Notes: generated by a model from the sequence alone, not told the origin. Shown: positions 41,509 through 51,921, counted from the first letter of the stretch. The stretch: DNA of 64,000 nucleotides from Vicinamibacterales bacterium (GCA_965197395.1 CBDANB010000007.1:953355-1017354), one strand, 5' to 3'. Made by a program: numbers and translations.

Positions 41509-42771
41509 TGAGCTTGCCTGGGTTGGGTGGACACCCCACAAGGCGCGAGAATGCGCCGGGAGGTGTTCATGGCCCAACGGAGACGACGACGATTCACGGT
41601 GGAGTTCAAACAGGAAGCGGTCCGGCTGTGCAAGCAGGGTGACCGCAGCATCGGCCAGGTGGCACGGGAGTTGGACCTGACCGAGTCGGCGTTGCGGCGA
41701 TGGGTGCAGCAGTACGAGATCGACCACGGCCACAATCCGACCGGCGCGCTGACCACCGAGGAACTCGAGGAACTCCGAACGCTGCGCCGCGAAGTGCGCG
41801 TCCTGCGAGAGGAGCGAACGATCTTAAAAAAGGCGGCGGCCTTCTTCGCGAAGGAACAGGCGTGAGGTTCGCGTTTGTTCATGCGGAGAAGGCCACCCAT
41901 GCGGTGCGGTCTCTCTGTCGGGTGCTCCAGGTCACCCGCAGTGGCTACTACGCATGGGCGAAGCGCCCGCCGAGCCGACGGCACCGTGAAGACGTCCAGC
42001 TGACAGCCCGGATCCGGGCGATCCATGCCGCGAGTCGGGGGACCTACGGAAGCCCGCGGATCTACGAGCAGCTCAGGCAGGACGGGTTCACCGTTGGCCG
42101 GGAGCGAGTCGCCAGACTGCTGCGGGCCATGGGCCTGATCGGCCTGCCCTGCAAGCGGTTCCGGCGTACCACGGACAGTGCCCACCAACATCCGGTTGCG
42201 CCCAACGTGCTCGCCCGTGACTTCGACGCCGCACAGCCGAACGAGCGCTGGAGCACCGACATCACCTACCTCTGGACGTGGGAGGGGTGGCTGTATCTTG
42301 CCGTCGTGCTCGACCTGTTCTCGCGGCGCGTGGTGGGGTGGGCCATCCAGCCGCACCTGCGGGCGGAGCTGGCGCTCGAGGCGTTGCACATGGCGCTGGG
42401 GAGGCGCGTCCCAGCGGCCGGCCTCGTCCATCATTCGGACCGAGGGTGCCAGTATGCCGCCGACGCGTACCAGCGCGTCCTGCACGACCACCAGATCGTC
42501 TGCTCGATGAGTCGGAAGGGCGACTGCTGGGATAACGCCGTCACCGAGAGCTTCTTCGGGACGCTCAAGACCGAGCTCATCCACCGCCAGCCGTGGTCGA
42601 CGCGACGCAGGACCAAGGACGCCGTCGCGGAGTACATCGAGGGCTTCTATAATCCCCACCGCCTGCACTCGTCCCTGGGATACGTCAGCCCCAACACCTT
42701 TGAAAGGAGGCATGCTCGACAGGTGCAGTGTGCAGCATAATCAACCTGTCCACTTTTCCCAGGCAAGATCA
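41509..42771 (+). mobile_element. IS3-family element, copy 3
   Basis: Same ends; one visible substitution (YIEG); flanks ATCG/CCTG, no duplication. Confidence 0.96.
41569..42740 (+). CDS. IS3 transposase OrfAB
   Basis: As copy 1 with an L-to-I change. Confidence 0.95.
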
Positions 42772-43552
42772 CCTGGGATGCAGCATCGCGACGGGATCAC
42801 CCTGGCTAGGCGCGCAAACGGCGCAAGGGCCGGTGGTCTACGTGGCCGCCGAGGGCGCTCTAACGCTCCAGTTGAAAGTCGGCGCTTGGAAACGAACTCT
42901 CAAGTATCCGACCGATAAAGCAATAGGGCTCTTCACGTTTCCCACCGCTGTCAATCTGCTCGACACTGGGGAGACGACGGCGTTCATCGAGACCATACGA
43001 AGACGCGAACTATTACCGTCGATGGTCGTTTTCGACACCGTCGCACGTTGCATGCCTGGCGGTAATGAGAATACGGCGCAAGACATGGGTCTCCTCATCA
43101 GCAACGCCGATCGCGTGAGGACGGCGTTCGACACCACCGTGGTTCTGGTGCATCACATGGACAAGCAGGAGAAGTACGAGCGGGGCAGCACGGCACTCCG
43201 TGGGGCTTGCGATTCGATGATGCAGTTCACGCGAACCGACGATCTACTGCGTCTGTCATGCGAGAAGCAAAAGGACGCGTTGAGATTCGCGTCGCTCAAC
43301 GTCCGCATGGTGCAGAGCGGCGGGGGATGTGTTCTGGAGCTTACTAACGACGAAGCCCCACCACGCACGTTCAGCGACGCGCAGCAAAAGGCCTTCCAAT
43401 CTCTAAAGTCAGGATTCACGAAGGATGGGGCGACGAGCGCTCAGTGGCAGTCTTCGCTTCCAGATGTCAACGAGCGCACCTTTCACCGGGCCAAGAAGGT
43501 GTTAATCGAAGGGGGCTACGTGAGCAAGAGCGGTCATCGGTTCGTGTTATGA
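42772..43552 (+). pseudogene. AAA_25/RepA-type helicase fragment
   Basis: VVYVAAEG, VVFDTVAR, VLVHHMDK, RGSTAL; Walker A lost; stop codon supplied by the IS end. Confidence 0.85.
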
Positions 43553-44812
43553 TCTTGCCTGGGAAAAGTGGACAGGTTGATTATGCTGCACACTGCACCT
43601 GTCGAGCATGCCTCCTTTCAAAGGTGTTGGGGCTGACGTATCCCAGGGACGAGTGCAGGCGGTGGGGATTATAGAAGCCCTCGAGGTACTCCGCGACGGC
43701 GTCCTTGGTCCTGCGTCGCGTCGACCACGGCTGGCGGTGGATGAGCTCGGTCTTGAGCGTCCCGAAGAAGCTCTCGGTGACGGCGTTATCCCAGCAGTCG
43801 CCCTTCCGACTCATCGAGCAGACGATCTGGTGGTCGTGCAGGACGCGCTGGTACGCGTCGGCGGCATACTGGCACCCTCGGTCCGAATGATGGACGAGGC
43901 CGGCCGCTGGGACGCGCCTCCCCAGCGCCATGTGCAACGCCTCGAGCGCCAGCTCCGCCCGCAGGTGCGGCTGGATGGCCCACCCCACCACGCGCCGCGA
44001 GAACAGGTCGAGCACGACGGCAAGATACAGCCACCCCTCCCACGTCCAGAGGTAGGTGATGTCGGTGCTCCAGCGCTCGTTCGGCTGTGCGGCGTCGAAG
44101 TCACGGGCGAGCACGTTGGGCGCAACCGGATGTTGGTGGGCACTGTCCGTGGTACGCCGGAACCGCTTGCAGGGCAGGCCGATCAGGCCCATGGCCCGCA
44201 GCAGTCTGGCGACTCGCTCCCGGCCAACGGTGAACCCGTCCTGCCTGAGCTGCTCGTAGATCCGCGGGCTTCCGTAGGTCCCCCGACTCGCGGCATGGAT
44301 CGCCCGGATCCGGGCTGTCAGCTGGACGTCTTCACGGTGCCGTCGGCTCGGCGGGCGCTTCGCCCATGCGTAGTAGCCACTGCGGGTGACCTGGAGCACC
44401 CGACAGAGAGACCGCACCGCATGGGTGGCCTTCTCCGCATGAACAAACGCGAACCTCACGCCTGTTCCTTCGCGAAGAAGGCCGCCGCCTTTTTTAAGAT
44501 CGTTCGCTCCTCTCGCAGGACGCGCACTTCGCGGCGCAGCGTTCGGAGTTCCTCGAGTTCCTCGGTGGTCAGCGCGCCGGTCGGATTGTGGCCGTGGTCG
44601 ATCTCGTACTGCTGCACCCATCGCCGCAACGCCGACTCGGTCAGGTCCAACTCCCGTGCCACCTGGCCGATGCTGCGGTCACCCTGCTTGCACAGCCGGA
44701 CCGCTTCCTGTTTGAACTCCACCGTGAATCGTCGTCGTCTCCGTTGGGCCATGAACACCTCCCGGCGCATTCTCGCGCCTTGTGGGGTGTCCACCCAACC
44801 CAGGCAAGCTCA
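43550..44812 (-). mobile_element. IS3-family element, copy 4 (inverted)
   Basis: Reverse complement of copy 1; flanks GTTA/GGAT, no duplication. Confidence 0.96.
43581..44752 (-). CDS. IS3 transposase OrfAB
   Basis: Translation identical to copy 1. Confidence 0.95.
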
Positions 44813-45068
44813 GGATGTCACCTCGGTGGATTCGGAGTCACCCCTCCTATTCGGCATCGCTCCGAACACATAGAGCGGACACAAGAACGGGCACAGCAGC
44901 TCAGCGGGTCGCCCGGACACACTCGACTCGGAGGGCCGAATCCATTCGTGTGGGTGTCAGATTGGATGTCAACCCTCGATGAGAGCCGACCGTCTCCTGC
45001 TGAGAATCTGGTCGTAGTGTTGCTCCAGACGAGCCTCCATCCACCTCACTCACCGCCAAAGCCTTTGA

Positions 45069-45555
45069 GGTTCCTCTCAGGGATCGGTGCAGCTTTGGCC
45101 GGTTCCATGGCTAATAAGTCAAGCATTGGGGTCTATCCGGGTTTCCCAACGCCATTTTGGGGCCTTTCGGGGTTTTGCGTGGGTGATTCGATGGGAAAGT
45201 CCATGTGGAAGCTCGTGGAAAACACGCAGCGTTTTCCAAGGCGCGGTGGGCGCGTTCTGTGCGTCCACGGTGCCGTCAGCTTCCACAGGGCCCGTCCGTG
45301 TGCGACAAGATGACTCCCAGGGAGGGGGTGGACCGCCCCGTCCTCGGACTGCTGTCGACCGGTGAACCACTATGTTCACCTCAAAACCGCCGACCTGTAC
45401 AGGCCGAACGCTCGATTTATCCCGGAAAGACAGCGATATCAGGTACTTACGCCATTTGGGAAACTCGGATATAGCCAAGCATTGTCATCGACTTACGTGG
45501 CTGGAGAACACCGTCTGTATCTGGAGAGGAACTGCAGGCTCTCGGAAAGTCCGGC
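45069..45555 (+). mobile_element. Truncated MITE-A (left ~130 bp) containing a nested MITE-B
   Basis: MITE-A sequence resumes after the insert and breaks at AAAGTCCGGC. Confidence 0.9.
45129..45476 (+). mobile_element. MITE-B variant (348 bp)
   Basis: Same terminal repeats; 8-bp duplication AAGCATTG. Confidence 0.92.
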
Positions 45556-45914
45556 GGCAGACTCAGCACCCACTGCCGCACGGGCACCCTCGGGAGCACC
45601 TGGTCGACCAGGTGCGCCGCGCGCTCGGCCATGCGCCGTCCGCCGCAGCTCGGACAGAACCCGCGCCCATGACAAGAGAAAGGCACGAGGCGGTCGAACC
45701 CACATCCCTTGCACCGAAACCGCGCGAAGCCCCCGCCGAACCACCCGCACCGAAGAAAGTCGCGGAACTCCTGCTCGACGAAGCCGGGCAACCCCTCGCC
45801 GGCGCGGAGGTCGGCTGCCTCCACACGAAACGTCTCGAAGTGATCGCGCACCACTTGATACAGGACGCCGCGCGCGGGCTGCCGTGGTTGGTATGTCGTC
45901 GATGGCGTCGGCAC
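45553..45914 (-). pseudogene. IS91-like (Y2) transposase, N-terminal zinc-binding part only
   Basis: FLRCG..GFARFRCKGC..VPFSCHGRGFCPSC..RQWVLSLP. Confidence 0.88.
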
Positions 45915-45926
45915 ACCCGACGGAGC

Positions 45927-45941
45927 GCAGAGCCCATGCCA
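45927..45941 (-). promoter_or_regulatory. Sigma54-like -24/-12 promoter
   Basis: TGGCATGGGCTCTGC (GG-N10-GC) about 12 nt before the GTG. Confidence 0.5.
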
Positions 45942-46188
45942 CTCCGCGCAACGAGCGAAACTGGGGAGTGTTCAAGCGACGAGGCGCGCAGCCACGCAGT
46001 TTCTGCCTACGCCACCGGAACCGCGAGTGGCAGTTTGTGGGATCGGGCCCACACGTGCGCGATATGACGGACGGCGACGTCTCCTGCCGAACCAGTAATG
46101 CCCGTCTGATCTCGCTGAGCGACAGTGGACGCCCGCCTGTTGTGTATTACGACGTTTCTATCGATCACACATTCGTAGGATATTTCCT

Positions 46189-46500
46189 ATGGCGCAGGCG
46201 GTCGTCTCATCCAAGTACCAGGTCGTGATTCCCAAACCCGTTCGCACCGAGGTGGGCCTCGAGAGTCTGCAGGTCGTGCAGGTCATTGCGCGCAGCAGCG
46301 TGATCACACTGGTCCCGGATCAGCCGATCGCGGCCCTGCGGGATTCCTGAAGGGTATGCGCACGACCGGCGTCAGAGAGAAGAAGGAGCGGTTGTTGACC
46401 GTCGTCGATTCGTCCGGCTGGATCGAGTACTTCACCGACGGGCCGCTCGCGCGTCGCTACGCGACGCACCCGCGGGATCTCTCGGAGGTGTCACCCCAAC
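46189..46500 (+). pseudogene. Degenerate AbrB/MazE antitoxin plus truncated VapC
   Basis: MAQAVVSSKYQVVIPKPVR with frameshift ~46342; VVDSSGWIEYF then truncation. Confidence 0.75.
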
Positions 46501-46580
46501 TATCGTGCATCTTCCATCGCTTGGATTGCGCGTGCATGTAAGATGATGCGGCGCTGGCGCGACGATGCGATGGGTGCGCG

Positions 46581-48188
46581 GTGTATCGAACGAGGCAAGT
46601 GACGGGAGTGGCCAGATTTGTCAGAACGTGCCGTGCTGCCGGCGTGGCGGCCATGCTCCTGGCGTCGAGCGTGGCCAGCGCGCAGGAGTTCCAGCTCGTC
46701 GAGGCCACGATCGACGACGTTCACGCGGCGCTGACCTCAGGGCGGATCAGCTGCCGGGCCATCGTCCAGGGCTATCTCGACCGCATCACCGTGTACGATA
46801 AGACCGGTCCCTCGCTGAACACCATCCAGACGGTGAACCCCGCCGCGCTCCGCGACGCGGAGCGGCTCGATGCGACCCTCGCGGGCTCTGGACTCGTCGG
46901 GCCGCTGCACTGCATCCCGGTCCTCCTGAAAGACCAGGTCGAAACGCGCGACATGCCGACGACGTACGGCTCCGCGCTCTTCCGAGACTTCGTCCCCCGA
47001 CGGGACGCCACCATCGTGACCCGCCTGAAAGACGCTGGGGCCATCATCCTCGCGAAAACCAACATGGGCGAGTTCGCGTCGCGGTATGTCGGGTCGGCGT
47101 TTGGCATTATCCGCAACGCCTACGATCCATCACGAAACCCCAGCGGCTCGTCGGGCGGCACCGGTGCCGGCGTCGCCGCCAACTTCGGCACGGTCGGCAT
47201 CGGCGAAGACACCGGCGGGTCCATTCGCGGGCCGGCGGCCGTCAGCAGCCTCGTCGGCCTCAGGCCCACGGTGCCGCTGGTGAGCCGACACGGCATGATG
47301 CCGGCGAACCCCACGACCGACACGCTGGGTCCGATGACTCGGACGGTCAAGGACGCCGCCATCCTGCTCGGCGTCCTCGCCGGCTTCGATCCGCACGATC
47401 CCATCACGGCGCACGCCGTGGGGCGGATGCCGGATTCCTATACGGCCGGGCTCGATTCGAACGCGCTCGACGGAGCGCGCATCGGCGTCGTGCGCGAGCC
47501 GATGGATCCCAAGGCGGACCCAGCCTCGGACGAGTACCAGCAGGTCCGGGCCGTGATCGACCGCGCGATTCACGACCTCTCTGCGCTCGGCGCGGATGTG
47601 GTCGACCCGGTCGTCGTTCCCGAGCTCGACACGGTGCACGCCGCCTATGCCAGAAACTCCTTCGAGACCGAAGCCGCGACCGACGCCTATCTGGCCGAAC
47701 ATCCGAACGCCCCGGTCAAGAGCCTTCGGGAGATCCTGCTCTCGGGCACGGTGACGCCGTGGCGCGCGCGTGGCCTGATCGAGAGCGTCGGCCGCACGGT
47801 CGACGACCACGGCTACCTGCCCGTGCTGCAGGAGAAGGAGCGGCTGCGGCAGCACGTCCTGAATGTCATGGCGAGCCAGAAGCTCGACGCGCTCGTCTAC
47901 GCGACCTTCGACCATCCACCGAGCGTGATCGCGCCTGACGCGCTCACGAACGCGCAGACGACGGATGCGTACGGACTGGGTAACAATCGGTATCTGAGCC
48001 CGATCCTCGCGTTCCCTGCCGTCACCGTGCCGGCGGGGCTCACCGCCGATGGCCTGCCGGTGGGCCTCGAGCTCCTCGGCCGCCCGTTTACCGAGCCGCT
48101 GCTCCTGGGGTTCGCGTACGCCTACGAGCAGGCCACCCACCGCCGGAGACCGCCGCCGGCGACGCCGCCGCTCACGGGCCAGCAGTAA
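46581..48188 (+). CDS. Secreted amidase-signature protein
   Basis: LLKDQ, KTNMGEFA, SGSSGGT, GEDTGGSIRGP. Confidence 0.92.
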   Translation: MYRTRQVTGVARFVRTCRAAGVAAMLLASSVASAQEFQLVEATIDDVHAALTSGRISCRAIVQGYLDRITVYDKTGPSLNTIQTVNPAALRDAERLDATLAGSGLVGPLHCIPVLLKDQVETRDMPTTYGSALFRDFVPRRDATIVTRLKDAGAIILAKTNMGEFASRYVGSAFGIIRNAYDPSRNPSGSSGGTGAGVAANFGTVGIGEDTGGSIRGPAAVSSLVGLRPTVPLVSRHGMMPANPTTDTLGPMTRTVKDAAILLGVLAGFDPHDPITAHAVGRMPDSYTAGLDSNALDGARIGVVREPMDPKADPASDEYQQVRAVIDRAIHDLSALGADVVDPVVVPELDTVHAAYARNSFETEAATDAYLAEHPNAPVKSLREILLSGTVTPWRARGLIESVGRTVDDHGYLPVLQEKERLRQHVLNVMASQKLDALVYATFDHPPSVIAPDALTNAQTTDAYGLGNNRYLSPILAFPAVTVPAGLTADGLPVGLELLGRPFTEPLLLGFAYAYEQATHRRRPPPATPPLTGQQ

Positions 48189-48310
48189 CCGCACGGCGGG
48201 CGCGCCAGGCCCGTCAATGCGAAGTGGGCGCTGGGAGATTTCAGAGCAGCTCACTGGTCCGGCCCTAAGCCCTAAGCCTTGAGCCTTCAATCGGAGCAAT
48301 CGCGCCGGCG

Positions 48311-49078
48311 CTAATGCGTCAGCCCGTACAACATGTAGTTGACGCCGAGCCGAAACCCGACATTCTCCGCGTCGATCGGGAAGAACCCCGTTCCTGCCAT
48401 TTGCCAGTACTCGGCCAGGTTCGTGTTGTAGTTGGCGATCGATATCAGCCGCCGACTTGGATCGTTGTCCTCGAACAGACCGAAGTACTCAGGCGTGAAC
48501 CCGTAGAGGTGGTGGTTGCGCGGATGCGGGTAGTCGATCTGGCCGACCCGCAGGAACGACTCGAAGATGGGGTGCGTTCCGTCGAGCGGGAGCCAGAGCG
48601 CGCCGGGCATGACCCGGTCCATCTGGGCCTCGAAGTTGTCCCATGCATCGAGCTCGAAGTCGTTGAAGATCACGAAGCCGCCCTTGAGCATGTACGCGCG
48701 CAGTCGCGCGGCGTCCTCGTCTGTCATCACCCAGAAGCCTGGCTCCCACATGACCGCGATGGGGTGCTTGAAGAGGTCGGGGTCGTCGAGCGGCAAGATG
48801 AGGCTCCCGTCGGTCTTCGCATCGATGTGCGTGACGTCGTCCAGTACCCCCATCAGGTTCTGCTCGGCGCGGGGAAACTCGTGCATGAACGCATTGATGC
48901 CCCGTTGAAAGGTCGGCACACCAAAGGTGCCCCGCGTCCAGCGCAGCCGCACGAACGTGACCTCGCCGTCGTACGGGATGTCGCGCTGCCCCCAACCGCC
49001 CCATCGCGATTGCGCCGAGAGCGCCGTCACGCACGTGAGTGCGAGCACCGCCAGCGTCCCGAGTAGCCCGTGGTTCAT
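48311..49078 (-). CDS. DUF4159 domain protein
   Basis: FVRLRW, PRAEQNL, LRAYMLKGGF, GVNYMLYGLTH. Confidence 0.8.
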   Translation of the reverse strand: MNHGLLGTLAVLALTCVTALSAQSRWGGWGQRDIPYDGEVTFVRLRWTRGTFGVPTFQRGINAFMHEFPRAEQNLMGVLDDVTHIDAKTDGSLILPLDDPDLFKHPIAVMWEPGFWVMTDEDAARLRAYMLKGGFVIFNDFELDAWDNFEAQMDRVMPGALWLPLDGTHPIFESFLRVGQIDYPHPRNHHLYGFTPEYFGLFEDNDPSRRLISIANYNTNLAEYWQMAGTGFFPIDAENVGFRLGVNYMLYGLTH

Positions 49079-49115
49079 CGGACCGGCACCACCCTCCGCA
49101 CATCATGATGCTCCA

Positions 49116-49205
49116 GGCGGGGCATCAGTGTCGACGATGGCGCCGCCTGGCGGGGCATCGGTGTCGACGATGGCGCCGCCTGGCGGGGCATCGGTGTCGA
49201 CGATG
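49116..49205. repeat. 33-bp tandem repeat, ~2.7 copies
   Basis: Unit GGCGGGGCATCGGTGTCGACGATGGCGCCGCCT between divergent genes. Confidence 0.9.
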
Positions 49206-49248
49206 CCCGGCAACCGCACATTGAGTAGACTGGCCGGTATTCGAAGAA

Positions 49249-51249
49249 GTGGAGTCCGAGATGCCGTGTTCGCCCGCATGTCCGGTGGCCACGCGTGTCA
49301 TCCTGCTCGGCCTCGCGTTGGCGACGGTCGCCATCCCCCGCGGCGCGGTTGCCGGCCAGACCGTCGAATGGCGCGCGTATTCGGCGGACCACGCTGCCTC
49401 GAAGTACGCCCCACTGGATCAGATCAACACGGACACGGTGGCCAACGTCGAGATCGTGTGGCGCCAGCCGGTGATTCCGGACGCGATCCGGAACGGCGAC
49501 ACGACACGTGGTCCGGTCGGCTCGCAGAACACGCCACTGATGGTCGGCGGCCTGCTCTACGTCAGCACGGGTCTGGGGACGGTCGCGGCGCTCGATGCCA
49601 CGACCGGCGAGGTCGTGTGGAACGACACACCGCCAGAGGGCGCGGACCGTGTGCGGCAGACACGCGGCGTTGCGTATTGGAGTGACGGCGATGACGCGCG
49701 GGTCATCGCGACGCTGGGCCCCAAGCTCGTGGCGCTCAATGCGCTCACCGGCGAACGGTATCTCGACTTCGGCGAGGCCGGGGAGGTCGACCTGCGCCTG
49801 GGGCTTCTCCGCCCGTTCCCTGGCTACTTCTGGAACGGTGCACCGCTCGTGGTCAACGATGTGATCGTCGTCGGGTCTTTTGTTCAAGACATCACGACGA
49901 ACCAGCTCCCAGCGAATCGGGAGTCGCCGCGCGGCGACGTGCGCGGGTTCGACGTGCGGACCGGCGAGGCGCTCTGGACGTTTCACACGATTCCACGCGA
50001 AGGCGAGTTCGGCGTCGACACGTGGGGCATCGACCCCGAGGGCGACCGGGCGTCGTGGGAATACAGCGGGAACACCAACATGTGGGCGATCCCGAGCGGC
50101 GACGAAGAGCTCGGCTACGTCTATTTGCCGCTCTCGACACCGACAAATGACTACTACGGCGGTCATCGACCGGGTGACAACCTCTTCGCCGAAAGCCTCG
50201 TCTGCATCGATGCCCGGACCGGCAGGCGCATCTGGCACTTCCAGGCGGTCCATCACGGGGTGTGGGACTACGACTTCCCGGCGTCGGCCAACCTCGTGGA
50301 CATCACCGTCGACGGCCGCGAGGTCAAGGCGGTGGCCCTCGTCAGCAAGCAGGCGTTCACCTACGTCTTCGACCGGGCCACCGGCGAGCCGGTGTGGCCG
50401 ATCGAGGAGCGGCCGGTACCCGCCTCACCCGTGCCCGGCGAGCGACTGTCGCCGACGCAGCCCTTCCCCACCAAACCGCCGCCCTTCGATCTCCAGGATG
50501 TGACGGTCGATGACTTGATCGACTTCACGCCGGCGCTGCGTCAGGAAGCGCTCGCGCTGCTGGAACAATACGAGTGGGGACCGATGTTCACCGCGCCGAT
50601 CGTGGTCGACCCCAGCCCAGGCGGCAAGAAGGGGACGCTGCAGAGCCCGGGCACGGCCGGCGGCGCAAGCTGGAGCGGCGCCGGCTTCGACCCCGAGACC
50701 GGCATGCTCTACGTCCCGTCGGCGTACAGCCAGAACATCATCGCGCTGACGCGCTCGGCCCATCCGCGGGCGGACATGCGGCTCGTACGCGAGAAGTACA
50801 CCGCGGCGGTCGGACCGCAGGGGCTTCCCTTCTTCAAGCCGCCGTATGGCCGGCTGACGGCGATCGACCTCAACGCTGGGGAGATCGTCTGGCAAAAGCC
50901 CAACGGCGAGGGACCGCGGGACCACCCTGCCATCCGGCATCTCGACCTGCCCTGGCTCGGCCAGGGTGGACGCTCGGCCGTGCTTGTCACCCGGTCACTG
51001 GTCTTCCTCGGCGAGGGGGGCAACACCGGCGTGACGACGCTGCCGCAGTGGTACGGCGGCCCCGGCGGCAAGATGTTCCGCGCCTACGACAAGGCGACCG
51101 GCGAGAACGTGTGGGAGATCGAGCTCCCCGGCGGCGCGAGCGGCGCACCGATGAGCTACATGGTCGACGGCCGGCAGTTCATCGTCGTGGCGGTCGGCTG
51201 GGACGACATGCCGAGCGAGTGGGTGGCGCTCGCGCTCCCCGACGCCTAA
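49249..51249 (+). CDS. PQQ-dependent glucose/quinate-type dehydrogenase
   Basis: KYAPLDQIN, RGVAYW, WHFQAVHHGVWDYD, KPPYG. Confidence 0.9.
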   Translation: MESEMPCSPACPVATRVILLGLALATVAIPRGAVAGQTVEWRAYSADHAASKYAPLDQINTDTVANVEIVWRQPVIPDAIRNGDTTRGPVGSQNTPLMVGGLLYVSTGLGTVAALDATTGEVVWNDTPPEGADRVRQTRGVAYWSDGDDARVIATLGPKLVALNALTGERYLDFGEAGEVDLRLGLLRPFPGYFWNGAPLVVNDVIVVGSFVQDITTNQLPANRESPRGDVRGFDVRTGEALWTFHTIPREGEFGVDTWGIDPEGDRASWEYSGNTNMWAIPSGDEELGYVYLPLSTPTNDYYGGHRPGDNLFAESLVCIDARTGRRIWHFQAVHHGVWDYDFPASANLVDITVDGREVKAVALVSKQAFTYVFDRATGEPVWPIEERPVPASPVPGERLSPTQPFPTKPPPFDLQDVTVDDLIDFTPALRQEALALLEQYEWGPMFTAPIVVDPSPGGKKGTLQSPGTAGGASWSGAGFDPETGMLYVPSAYSQNIIALTRSAHPRADMRLVREKYTAAVGPQGLPFFKPPYGRLTAIDLNAGEIVWQKPNGEGPRDHPAIRHLDLPWLGQGGRSAVLVTRSLVFLGEGGNTGVTTLPQWYGGPGGKMFRAYDKATGENVWEIELPGGASGAPMSYMVDGRQFIVVAVGWDDMPSEWVALALPDA

Positions 51250-51278
51250 CCCCAGAGCGCCGCGTCTATACTTGCTCA

Positions 51279-51776
51279 ATGGACGCCGCCCCACTGCTCG
51301 CTGAAGTGGGACGCCGCATGCAGAAGGCCGGTCTCGAAGCCGTCCTGATCGGGAACGCGGGAGCCGCGCTGCAGGGGGCGCCGGTCACCACTGTCGACTT
51401 CGATTTCTTGTTTCGCAAGACGTCGAGGAACCTGGCCAAGCTGAAGGCCGTATCCCGCGGACTTGGCGCCGTCATCCTCCGCCCGTACTACCCGGCATCC
51501 GATCTGTATCGCGTGGTTCGCGATGAGGACGGTCTGCAGATCGACTTCATGGGCACAATCCATGGCCTGCGCTCCTTCGAGGGCGTTAGGGACCGAGCGG
51601 CCCGCATCGACATCGGCGGAGTGCCGATCCTGGTAGCGGCGCTGGCCGACATCATCAAGAGCAAGCGCGCGGCCCGCCGGCCCCGCGATCTTGCCGTGCT
51701 CGAGATTCTGGAGGCGACTCTTGCGGAAGCAAAGAACACGTCGCGCACAACTCGCCGCCGTCGCTCGCGAGAATGA
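51279..51776 (+). CDS. Minimal nucleotidyltransferase (DUF6036-like)
   Basis: LIGNAGAALQGAPVTTVDFDF, QIDF, IIKSKRAARRPRD. Confidence 0.75.
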   Translation: MDAAPLLAEVGRRMQKAGLEAVLIGNAGAALQGAPVTTVDFDFLFRKTSRNLAKLKAVSRGLGAVILRPYYPASDLYRVVRDEDGLQIDFMGTIHGLRSFEGVRDRAARIDIGGVPILVAALADIIKSKRAARRPRDLAVLEILEATLAEAKNTSRTTRRRRSRE

Positions 51777-51879
51777 TCGGGGTCTGATCGAGCTGATTCG
51801 ACGGCGACTCGCGCTACCGCCAGCGCGCCGCACGAACTTCCTCAGAAAGCGGGTGGCTGTCGGCCGGAGCGTGTTGTAA
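51721..51879 (+). CDS. Small basic protein overlapping the nucleotidyltransferase 3' end
   Basis: ~52 aa, LIRRRLALPPARRTNFLRKR; start uncertain. Confidence 0.45.
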   Translation: MRKQRTRRAQLAAVARENDRGLIELIRRRLALPPARRTNFLRKRVAVGRSVL

Positions 51880-51921
51880 GGGCCTACGGACACGACGGCC
51901 TCTGTCGGGACGCAGCCCCGT

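Larger units (their letters stand above)
29313..44812. mobile_element. Decayed integrated phage-satellite/prophage-like island
   Basis: att fragment, tyrosine integrase, terminase, protease/scaffold, AAA_25, visibly lower-GC cargo; right boundary undefined. Confidence 0.75.

Noticed and set aside
44813-45068. Coding or RNA feature between IS3 and MITE-A
   Set aside because: Only short unrecognisable ORFs and no convincing structure
45553-45914. IS91-like enzyme as the mobiliser of MITE-A
   Set aside because: Rolling-circle elements do not create target duplications or use terminal inverted repeats; adjacency is a deletion junction
49116-49205. Possible CRISPR array
   Set aside because: Units are directly adjacent with no unique spacers, and no cas genes are present
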